Of a DNA stretch of 10,384 nt, positions 1 to 7,403 are shown one piece after another. The position numbers were made by a program, and so were the translations under genes. This stretch comes from an uncultured Aquificales bacterium (GTDB taxonomy: Bacteria > Thermosulfidibacterota > Thermosulfidibacteria > Thermosulfidibacterales > Thermosulfidibacteraceae). Numbering within the stretch: the first letter of the stretch is position 1; each line of letters begins with the position of its first letter. The notes beneath the pieces were generated by a model. That model saw only the letters and a list, made by a program, of their open reading frames with translations, searched no databases and had not been told where the DNA came from. The stretch covers positions 1 to 10,384 of the forward strand of contig CAYPLO010000039.1 of the NCBI GenBank assembly GCA_964411615.1, read 5' to 3'.

Positions 1-396
1 TCCTGTTCCTACCTTAAGGATTCCATGTTTTTGCAGCCCTATTTTGAGTCCAAAAGAAGCGGAAGGGTGTATGTGTCTGAGGTTCTGTGGCGTCAGGAGG
101 TGCTGGTGGGCTGTGTCCTCAGGGAGGTTGAACCTTTCCCGGAGAAGGTGAAGCTGGTGGGCGTCTATAGCTGTGAGTCATGGAAGGACACGAGATTTGG
201 GGCTGTTCTGGAGGAGGGGCTTTTCAATGGGTTTAAGGAGCATGGAGTTTTGATGGCCGAAGACTCTGAGCTTTGCGCTAGGGAGCTTTACTGCTGGGAT
301 GGCGGTGATTATATTTCCTTAAATCTTAGGCTTTACCGCTGTTCCGATAACGGCACCTTGGGAATCTGCACCAATGCGGTTAGGGTGAGAAGATGA
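1..396 (+). CDS. Hypothetical exported protein, probably 5'-truncated; putative FlgO/CsgG-like lipoprotein
   Basis: The frame of ORF 25..396 stays open back to base 1 (SCSYLKDS-MFLQ...), so the true start may lie upstream; 'SC' at 1-6 could be the end of a lipobox. Segments TRFGAVLEEGLFNGFKEHG and DYISLNLRLYRCSDNGTLG resemble the FlgO/CsgG-HfaB alpha/beta pattern. The stop overlaps the bioB start (ATGA, 393-396). The CDS is well supported; the family call is tentative. Confidence 0.5.
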   Translation, partial: SCSYLKDSMFLQPYFESKRSGRVYVSEVLWRQEVLVGCVLREVEPFPEKVKLVGVYSCESWKDTRFGAVLEEGLFNGFKEHGVLMAEDSELCARELYCWDGGDYISLNLRLYRCSDNGTLGICTNAVRVRR

Positions 397-1289
397 AGTA
401 TTTATCTCTTCCGTGGTGGGAACTCTTCAGAGTGGCTGTGAGAGTGAGGTTTGAGAGAAGGGGAAAGCGTTTTGAATTCTGTTCAATAATAAATGCCAAG
501 AGTGGGCTGTGCGACAGGGGCTGTGGGTTCTGCGCCCAGGCCTATCCTCAGAGAACCTCTGCTCCTGTTTATCCCCTTGTTGATGGGGAGGAGATGGTTA
601 AGGGTGCGAGAATCGCCAAGGAGCACGGGGCACGCAGGTTCAGCATAGTGACAAGTGGTAAGAGGGTGACGGATAGGGAGTTTGACGCCATTGTTGAGGC
701 GGTTAAGAGGATTCGTGAAGAGGTGGGTATTGAGGTGGATGTGTCCCTGGGCATACTTCCCGACGAGTTTCTTGATGAGCTGGCGAGGGTTGGGGTGAGG
801 AGGGTGCATCACAATCTGGAGACCTCCGAGAGGTTTTATCCCAACGTTACTGACAGGATAGACTGGCGGGAGAAGTTTTCCTTTGCAGGCAGGGTTAAGG
901 AGAGGGGTTTGGAGTTGTGCTGTGGCGGACTCTTCGGGCTTGGTGAGACAGAGGAGGACTGGAAGCTTCTTGCCGATGCCCTTGATGAGCTTGAGCCTGA
1001 GTCCATACCGTTAAACTTTCTCATACCCATTCCAGGTACACCTATGGGAGGGGAGAGGAGACTGTCTCCCACAGATTGTGTTAAGATTGCGTCCTATTTC
1101 AGGGTCAGGTTTCCCCATTCGGAACTGAGGGTGTGTGGGGGGAGGGAGTACAATCTCGGGCAGTTACAGTCCTTGTTGCCCCTTGTTGTTGACGGTTTTA
1201 TGGTTGGAGGATACCTGACCAGGCCGGGTAGGGACCCATCTTTGGACAGGGAGCTGGTTGAGGAGCTTGGGTTTGAACTTGTCAGATGA
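393..1289 (+). CDS. bioB: Biotin synthase (radical SAM), type II-like ligand pattern
   Basis: CSIINAKSGLCDRGCGFCAQ (CxxxCxxC), RFSIVTSG, HHNLETS, LCCGGLFGLGE, SIPLNFLIPIPGTP, LRVCGGRE and GGYLTRPG are all BioB/BATS-domain hallmarks. Confidence 0.92.
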   Translation: MKYLSLPWWELFRVAVRVRFERRGKRFEFCSIINAKSGLCDRGCGFCAQAYPQRTSAPVYPLVDGEEMVKGARIAKEHGARRFSIVTSGKRVTDREFDAIVEAVKRIREEVGIEVDVSLGILPDEFLDELARVGVRRVHHNLETSERFYPNVTDRIDWREKFSFAGRVKERGLELCCGGLFGLGETEEDWKLLADALDELEPESIPLNFLIPIPGTPMGGERRLSPTDCVKIASYFRVRFPHSELRVCGGREYNLGQLQSLLPLVVDGFMVGGYLTRPGRDPSLDRELVEELGFELVR

Positions 1290-1642
1290 AGAGGGCGGTT
1301 CCCACAGGCAGGTTTACTATAGAGAAGAGAGATGGAAGGCTTTACTTCTTCCCTCAGGGGCCGTTGGGTGAGAAGGGGGTCTTCTTTGTGGCCGAAAAGA
1401 AGGGAGCTCAGTTTCTCCTGCACGATGGCGGTTCCATAATGGAGGCATCTATCGGTGATGCTATGGAGGCTGTGGATGTGGTCAGGGAACTTCGTTTTGC
1501 TGCCAAGTCTGCGGGCTTTAACTTCAAAGATGGCAGGGTGTTTGTAAAAGTGTCCGATTCCGGGCTTGAGCAGGCTGTCAGGCGACTTGAAAGGCTTGCA
1601 AGTGAGGTTTATCATAAATCAACCGTGGGTTTGGGGGGATGA
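1286..1642 (+). CDS. Small hypothetical protein, DUF1828-like
   Basis: 118 aa with an ATGA overlap on the bioB stop. The pattern P..G....F.......FLLHDGGSI...helix...GFNFKDGRVFV....LEQAVRRL resembles DUF1828 (l-s-D-d-G-x-t motif and a C-terminal amphipathic helix). Family call is tentative. Confidence 0.55.
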   Translation: MKRAVPTGRFTIEKRDGRLYFFPQGPLGEKGVFFVAEKKGAQFLLHDGGSIMEASIGDAMEAVDVVRELRFAAKSAGFNFKDGRVFVKVSDSGLEQAVRRLERLASEVYHKSTVGLGG

Positions 1643-1643
1643 G

Positions 1644-2222
1644 GTGGAGCTGAGAGAGGCCATACTGGGAAGGAGAAGCGTGAGGAAGTACAGGCCCGAC
1701 CCGGTTCCCAAGGAGGTTATTGAGGATATCATGAAACATGCCATATGGGCCCCTTCCGGGATGAACAGGCAGAACTGGTACTTTATTGTGGCTACAGGGC
1801 CGTGGCGCGATAAAGTGGTTGAAATATGCAGGAGGGCTTATGAGGAGTATATCGGCAAGAAGGTGGAGAAGGTCTTTAAGCATAAGCCCCATGTTGTAAA
1901 GGAGACCAGAAGCTTCTTCGCAACCTTAGGAGGTGCGCCTGTAGTTATACTTGCCTTTGCAGACCCGGGCCCTGAGAGTGAGAAGACGGATATCCAGAGC
2001 GTTGCCGCTGCCATACAGAACCTGCTCCTTCTGGCCTATGAGAAGGGGTTGGGCACCTGCTGGATGACGGGCCCTATCTCCCATGCCGAGGAGTTTAAGA
2101 GGCTTTTTGGGGTTGAGGACAAGAACTTCGTGGCCCTCATCACTTTGGGATATCCCGATGAGAGGCCCAAGGTCCCTCCCAGAAGGGAGGGGAGGGTGAG
2201 GTTTGTTGGATTTGAGAAGTAG
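1644..2222 (+). CDS. Nitroreductase family flavoprotein (FMN-dependent)
   Basis: AILGRRSVRKY, AIWAPSGMNRQNW, AAIQNLLLLAYEKGLGTCW and ITLGYP motifs. I moved the start from TTG 1566 to in-frame GTG 1644. This gives the canonical MELREAI..RRS N-terminus, 1 nt after the upstream stop and behind a G-rich RBS. Confidence 0.92.
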   Translation: MELREAILGRRSVRKYRPDPVPKEVIEDIMKHAIWAPSGMNRQNWYFIVATGPWRDKVVEICRRAYEEYIGKKVEKVFKHKPHVVKETRSFFATLGGAPVVILAFADPGPESEKTDIQSVAAAIQNLLLLAYEKGLGTCWMTGPISHAEEFKRLFGVEDKNFVALITLGYPDERPKVPPRREGRVRFVGFEK

Positions 2223-3384
2223 GTTTATCTTTGCCTTTGTGCTTTTTCTTTTTGGTATCTCCTTTGCTCAGGAGTGTGTTGTAACTCCTCCTGGACTGAG
2301 CATTTCCAGTTCCTATAATGAGACCTTCAGTAAAGAGGAGATTGATGGTGTTATTTCGGCTGTCAGGGCCTGTGGTGAAAGGTACAACGCATTAAAGGGT
2401 AAGCTACTCTTTCTGAAAAAGACGCTTCTGAGACTTAAATCCAGTAAGATAGAAGACCTTTTGAATAGCCTCAGCTCGGTTGAGAAGGATATAACTGGTG
2501 TGAGGATTGCTTTTAGGGACGTTCTGTCCAGGTTTTATGTGGATTCTTTATGCGGTGTTGCTGTGGATTCTGATAAGCTTGATATTCTCAGGCTCACTCT
2601 TACCTCACAGAGGCTCGTCTCAAAGGTGGCTCTTGACCTGAGGGATAGGCTCGGAGTGTCCGGTTTTGTTCCCGATGGTATTTCCTCTTATCCGTATGGT
2701 GTTGTTAATAGGGTTCTTCTCAATTTTAACGATAGCTATTCGGGCAGGATGCAGTGTGTGTTTGTGTATCTCTGCAGGCTCTACCCTTACAGTTTGAAGC
2801 GTTTATCCGTTCCTTCCTGCCCGAGGTGTGTTGCTCTTGACCTAATGGAGAGGGGTTCCCTTGGCTCTTTCTCGAACTTCCTGTCTGAGGTGTTGTCTCC
2901 CAGTGTGGCTGAGTCCGTGGTTAAGGATGTGGCGGAAACCCTTTCCATGTGGAGGGACTCGCTTGAACGGGAGAGAAACAGAAGAATTGGGAGGTTTAAA
3001 AACAGGGTGCTTTCTCTCTACCAGAGGTGGAAGGCCCTTGTGGAGAGGAGAAAGGCCATAGTCAGGTCGGTGGAGGAGGAGAGGAAGAGCTTGAGCGCCA
3101 TGTACAGAAGTCTGGGTTTTAACTGTGGTTATAAGCAGCCCGAGCGTTGCCTGAAATCTGCTGTGGCCTTTGCAAGGAGGAAGGTTGATAGAGCAACTGC
3201 TCAGCTTTCCAGTTTTATGGTGCCGGTTTATGCCGTCTCTGATGATGTGAAAGTCGCCTACTACAGGCTCAGGAGAACAGTTTATGAGAAGGGGCTTGCC
3301 GTTTCCAAGGTGTGGGTGTATCCCTACAAGTCCGATGGTAGTTTGAAGTATCTCGTTGTTATCTTTCCAGCTGTGAGGAGGTGA
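2212..3384 (+). CDS. Hypothetical secreted protein, Cys-rich with coiled-coil segments
   Basis: About 390-aa ORF that fills the gap between two recognised genes. Signal-peptide-like N-terminus (M)RSRFIFAFVLFLFGISFA|QE. Start is ambiguous among TTG at 2203, 2206 and 2212. Nine Cys including CPRC. No family recognised. Confidence 0.75.
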   Translation: MRSRFIFAFVLFLFGISFAQECVVTPPGLSISSSYNETFSKEEIDGVISAVRACGERYNALKGKLLFLKKTLLRLKSSKIEDLLNSLSSVEKDITGVRIAFRDVLSRFYVDSLCGVAVDSDKLDILRLTLTSQRLVSKVALDLRDRLGVSGFVPDGISSYPYGVVNRVLLNFNDSYSGRMQCVFVYLCRLYPYSLKRLSVPSCPRCVALDLMERGSLGSFSNFLSEVLSPSVAESVVKDVAETLSMWRDSLERERNRRIGRFKNRVLSLYQRWKALVERRKAIVRSVEEERKSLSAMYRSLGFNCGYKQPERCLKSAVAFARRKVDRATAQLSSFMVPVYAVSDDVKVAYYRLRRTVYEKGLAVSKVWVYPYKSDGSLKYLVVIFPAVRR

Positions 3385-3386
3385 GC

Positions 3387-4595
3387 ATGGCTCATCATGT
3401 GGTTGAGAAGAGCTTTGAGGAGATAAACGAGAAGATAAGAAAGGGAAAGGTTGTGGTTGTGACTGCTGAGGAGATGATAGGGATAGTGGAAGAGCATGGG
3501 CCTGAGGAGGCTGCCCGTCGCGTAGATGTGGTCACAACGGGCACCTTTGCCCCCATGTGTTCTTCAGGTGCCTTTATAAATGTGGGACATCCTAAGCCCC
3601 GTATAAAGATAGAGGATGCCTATCTCAATGGTGTGCCTGCCTACGGCGGGCTTGCAGCTGTTGACCTTTACATAGGGGCTACTGCTCTTCCTAAGGATGA
3701 CCCCCGAAACGCTGTGTATCCTGGACAGTTCAGATACGGTGGTGGGCATGTTATAGAGGACCTTGTGGCCGGTAGAGACGTGGTGCTCAGGGCCTACGGC
3801 TACGGGACCGACTGCTATCCCAGGAGGGAGCTTGAGACCTACATAAACATAAAGACCATAAACGAGGCCTTTCTGTTCAATCCGAGAAACTGCTATCAGA
3901 ACTACAACTGCGCTGTGAACACTTCCAACAGGATGGTTTACACCTATATGGGGGTGCTTAAGCCCAATATGGGCAATGCCACCTATTGCAGTGCGGGACA
4001 GCTCTCACCTTTACTCAACGACCCCTTCTTCAAGACCATAGGGGTGGGTACCCGAATCTTCCTGGGTGGTGGGGTTGGTTATGTGGTATCTCAGGGGACC
4101 CAGCATACCACCGATGTTCCCAGGGGGAAGAAGGGGGTGGTTAAGAGACCTGCCGGGACCCTTGCGGTTACAGGGGACATGAAACAGATGAATCCTAAGT
4201 ATCTCAGGGGGGTTAGTATTCTGGGATACGGGGTGAGCTTAGCTGTGGGCATAGGGATACCCATACCCATACTCAACGAGGAGATGGCCTGGCACACATC
4301 GGTGAGGGATGATGAGATATGGACGCAGGTTGTGGATTACAGCCACGACTATCCTTACGGAGAGTCTCGTATCCTTGGAGAGGTGAACTACGGCCAGCTG
4401 AGGAGCGGAGAGATAGAGATAGGGGGCAAGAGAATACCCACTGCCTCCCTTTCCAGCTACTACATGGCAAGGGAGATAGCGGAGGTTCTGAAGCAGTGGA
4501 TACTCTCAGGTAGGTTTGAGCTTGCAAAGCCGGTTGCTCCTATCCCCAGCGAGGGTTGCGTATGTAAGGGGCTGAGCATCCGTCCCGTTAAGTGA
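3387..4595 (+). CDS. Homocysteine biosynthesis protein (DUF39/COG1900, L-aspartate semialdehyde sulfurtransferase family)
   Basis: EINEKI..GK.VV.TAEE, VDVVTTGTFAPMCSSGA, AAVDLYIGAT, YGGGHVIEDL, YGTDCYPR, NPRNCYQNY, GQLSPLLNDP...TIGVGTRIFLGG, GTQH and GIGIPIPILNE match this family. AGGAGGTGA RBS at 3376-3384 favours ATG 3387. Confidence 0.88.
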   Translation: MAHHVVEKSFEEINEKIRKGKVVVVTAEEMIGIVEEHGPEEAARRVDVVTTGTFAPMCSSGAFINVGHPKPRIKIEDAYLNGVPAYGGLAAVDLYIGATALPKDDPRNAVYPGQFRYGGGHVIEDLVAGRDVVLRAYGYGTDCYPRRELETYINIKTINEAFLFNPRNCYQNYNCAVNTSNRMVYTYMGVLKPNMGNATYCSAGQLSPLLNDPFFKTIGVGTRIFLGGGVGYVVSQGTQHTTDVPRGKKGVVKRPAGTLAVTGDMKQMNPKYLRGVSILGYGVSLAVGIGIPIPILNEEMAWHTSVRDDEIWTQVVDYSHDYPYGESRILGEVNYGQLRSGEIEIGGKRIPTASLSSYYMAREIAEVLKQWILSGRFELAKPVAPIPSEGCVCKGLSIRPVK

Positions 4596-5857
4596 TGAAG
4601 GTAGCCCTCATAACCCTGGGGTGTCCCAAGAACGAGGTGGACTCCTGGATTATGCGTTCTCATCTTGCCAGGGCGGGTTTTGAGATTGCTTCCGTTGATG
4701 AGGCTGATGCCATCATAGTTAACACCTGTGCCTTTATAAGGGAGGCCAAGGAGGAGTCCATAGATACCATCCTTGAGGCTCTGGAGCTTGGTAAGCCCGT
4801 TTATGTGGCGGGCTGTCTGTATCAAAGGTACGGTGGGGAGCTGGTTGAGAATCTGCCGGAGGTTGCCGGGTGGATATCCCTGGGCTGTGTGAGGGATGTG
4901 GCCTCAGTGCTGGAAAAGGGGGAGATGTCTCCTTTAAGGCCTGCTGTTCTGCCCTGTGTGGATGATTTTTCCCATATAAGCCCTGTGAGTTTTGTCTATG
5001 TGAAGATATCTGAGGGGTGCGATAACAGGTGTAACTACTGCGCCATACCCTCCATAAGGGGCAACCTGAGGAGCAGGCCTTTGGGGGATGTTCTTGACGA
5101 GGTGAGGATGTGGGTGGACAGGGGTGCCAGAGAGGTGATTCTCGTCTCTCAGGATACTTCCTCTTACGGAAGGGATTTGGGTATGGACGATGGTCTTTTG
5201 AGGTTGCTTGAGAAGATAGAGGGGATAGAGGGCAGGTTCTGGGTGAGGGTTCTGTATATGCATCCTGCAGGTGTCTCTGAGGAGCTTTTCAGGTTTATCA
5301 GGGATTCCGAAAAAGTGGTGAACTACGTTGAGGTTCCTTTCCAGCACGTCAGTGAGTCGGTTCTTGAAGCCATGGGCAGGCGGGGAGGACGGAGGGCCGT
5401 TGAGAGGGTGGTTGAGCTTGTGGATGAGTTGGGGCTTCTTCTGAGGACCACATTTCTGGTGGGGCATCCGGGGGAGGGAGAAGAAGAGTTTGAGGAGCTC
5501 GTTAGGTTTGTGGAGGATGTGAGGCCGTGGAGGTTCTCTGTGTTTGGCTACTCTCCTGAGGAGGGCACCCTCTCTGCCGATATGGAGCAGGTGTCTCAGG
5601 ATATCGTTAAAGAGAGGGTGTCTGTGCTCATGGAGCTTATGGACAGGATGGTTTTTGAGAACAACCTTGAGCTGGTGGGTAGGACTTTAGAGGTGCTTGC
5701 GGATGGCAGGAACCATGGCAGGTTTTACGGTATGGCACCGGATATAGATGGGCTGGTCTTTGTGGAGGGTGCTTCTCTGGATGCGGGCAGGTTCTACAGA
5801 GTTGTTATTGAGGATGCTGTGGGGGTGGACCTGATTGGAAGGCCCTCCTCTGTTTGA
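4595..5857 (+). CDS. rimO: Ribosomal protein S12 methylthiotransferase
   Basis: UPF0004 domain LGCPKNEVDS / NTCAFI / AGCL, radical SAM YVKISEGCDNRCNYCAIP.IRG, SQDTSSYG, YMHP, PFQH, RTTFLVGHPGE, and TRAM-domain APDIDG. CPKN..DS and APDIDG distinguish RimO from MiaB. Start is ATG 4595 (TGATG overlap) or GTG 4592. Confidence 0.93.
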   Translation: MKVALITLGCPKNEVDSWIMRSHLARAGFEIASVDEADAIIVNTCAFIREAKEESIDTILEALELGKPVYVAGCLYQRYGGELVENLPEVAGWISLGCVRDVASVLEKGEMSPLRPAVLPCVDDFSHISPVSFVYVKISEGCDNRCNYCAIPSIRGNLRSRPLGDVLDEVRMWVDRGAREVILVSQDTSSYGRDLGMDDGLLRLLEKIEGIEGRFWVRVLYMHPAGVSEELFRFIRDSEKVVNYVEVPFQHVSESVLEAMGRRGGRRAVERVVELVDELGLLLRTTFLVGHPGEGEEEFEELVRFVEDVRPWRFSVFGYSPEEGTLSADMEQVSQDIVKERVSVLMELMDRMVFENNLELVGRTLEVLADGRNHGRFYGMAPDIDGLVFVEGASLDAGRFYRVVIEDAVGVDLIGRPSSV

Positions 5858-7403
5858 GCTTACTTTAAGGATTCCTTTCCTTAAGGACGGAAAATCCACC
5901 CTTATAAGAGAGATAGCCAGGATTCTTGGCGTATCTCCCCGCAGGGTTGGTAAAGTTATTTGCCTTAGAAGGTCCATAGATGCCCGTAAGAAGAACCGCA
6001 TGATATACGTGGTCTACAGGGTTGCCGTGGAGGTTGTGGGGGATGTCTCTGTGCCTGAAGGTGTTATACCCTACCGGCCGCCTGATGGCCTGAAGGTTGG
6101 ACGGGTTTCAAAGGGTGTAAAGCCTCTCATCGTGGGGATGGGCCCTGCGGGGCTTTTCTGTGCCCTTGCCCTTACCGAGGCGGGAGTAAAGGGTAGCATA
6201 ATAGAGAGGGGATGTCCCGTTGAGGAGAGGGTGAGGAAGGTGGAGGAGCTGTGGAGGTATGGCAGGCTTGACCCATCCTGCAATCCCCAGTTTGGGGAGG
6301 GAGGTGCCGGGACCTTTTCGGATGGCAAGCTCACCACCAGGGTGAGGGACAGCAGGATAAGGTGGATATTTGATAAGCTGGTGGAGATGGGGGCTCCAAA
6401 GGATATACTGTGCGATGCAAAGCCCCATGTGGGCACCGATGTTATAAGGAAGGTTGTCAGGAACATAAGGGAGAGGTTGATTGCTGCTGGATGGGAGGTC
6501 TCCTTCAATACGGCACTTGAGGATGTTGAGATAGACTCGGGAAGGCTGGGGAGGGTGAGGGTTAACGGAGAGTGGATGGGCTTTTCCCATGTTGTCCTTG
6601 CCGTTGGACACAGTGCCAGGGATACCTACAGGATGCTTGTCTCAAAGGGAGTCCCTGTTTCTCCAAAGCCCTTCGCCGTAGGGTTCAGGATTGAGCATCC
6701 CCAGAGTCTTATAGATGAGGCCCAGTACGGCAGGTGGGCCGGGCATCCCAAGCTTCCCCCTGCAACATACCATCTCACTTGCAATTTTAAGGAGCACAGA
6801 AGGGGGGTCTACACCTTCTGCATGTGCCCAGGGGGCTACGTTATATGCGCCTCATCCTCTCCTGGGGAGCTCGTTGTCAACGGCATGAGCTACAGGGCGA
6901 GGGATTCTGGATACGCCAATGCAGCCGTTGTGGTGACCGTTGATGAGAGGGATTTTCCCGGAGGGGTCCTTGGTGGCGTGGAGTTTCAGGAGACTGTTGA
7001 GAGAGTGGCCTTTGGCGTTGCTGGAGGCTACAGGGCCCCTGCCCAGCAGGTTTCCCACTTTGTCTATGGTGGGGGCTGTGGTGGGCTGAGTTCCACCTAC
7101 AGACCCGGTGTGGTTCCGTATCCTGTGGAGAAGATACTACCCGGCCATTTGGTACCTTACCTGAGGGAGGCCCTGAGGGTCTTTGGCAGGAAGATAAAGG
7201 GCTTTGATTCTGAGGGTGTGATTGTGGCTCCTGAGACCAGAACCTCCTCTCCTTTAAGGATACTGAGGGATGAGACCATGCAGTCTGTTGGTGCGAAGGG
7301 GTTGTACCCCTGTGGGGAAGGGGCTGGATACGCCGGGGGTATAGTCAGTTCCGCCCTGGATGGACTCAGGGTTGCGGAGGCCATAGTTGCCGAATGTGGT
7401 TGA
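5835..7403 (+). CDS. Uncharacterized NAD(P)/FAD-dependent oxidoreductase (COG2509-type)
   Basis: RRSIDARKK, Rossmann IVGMGPAGL, QFGEGGAGTFSDGKL, AKPHVGTD, LAVGHSARD, KPFAVGFRIEHPQ, YTFCMCPGG, ETRTSSP and GLYPCGEGAGYAGGIVSSALDG. Exact start is uncertain. Confidence 0.88.
   Translation: MEGPPLFELTLRIPFLKDGKSTLIREIARILGVSPRRVGKVICLRRSIDARKKNRMIYVVYRVAVEVVGDVSVPEGVIPYRPPDGLKVGRVSKGVKPLIVGMGPAGLFCALALTEAGVKGSIIERGCPVEERVRKVEELWRYGRLDPSCNPQFGEGGAGTFSDGKLTTRVRDSRIRWIFDKLVEMGAPKDILCDAKPHVGTDVIRKVVRNIRERLIAAGWEVSFNTALEDVEIDSGRLGRVRVNGEWMGFSHVVLAVGHSARDTYRMLVSKGVPVSPKPFAVGFRIEHPQSLIDEAQYGRWAGHPKLPPATYHLTCNFKEHRRGVYTFCMCPGGYVICASSSPGELVVNGMSYRARDSGYANAAVVVTVDERDFPGGVLGGVEFQETVERVAFGVAGGYRAPAQQVSHFVYGGGCGGLSSTYRPGVVPYPVEKILPGHLVPYLREALRVFGRKIKGFDSEGVIVAPETRTSSPLRILRDETMQSVGAKGLYPCGEGAGYAGGIVSSALDGLRVAEAIVAECG

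Noticed and set aside
1566..1643. N-terminal extension of the nitroreductase from TTG 1566
   Set aside because: It would overlap the upstream gene by 77 nt, and family similarity begins at GTG 1644.
2818..2832. CPRC as a heme c attachment site
   Set aside because: The next residue is Val, not His, so it is not CxxCH.
1640..4598. Selenocysteine or readthrough at TGA stops (1640-1642, 4593-4595)
   Set aside because: In-frame stops follow almost at once, and the next genes begin at these junctions.
4595..5857. Calling the methylthiotransferase MiaB or MtaB
   Set aside because: GCPKN..DS and the C-terminal APDIDG are RimO-type; MiaB typically has GCQMN.
12..5888. CCTTAAGG palindrome recurring at 12-19 and 5879-5886
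   Set aside because: Both copies lie inside coding frames and are explained by Leu-Lys-Asp codons. They are too short and sparse to be an operator or repeat family.
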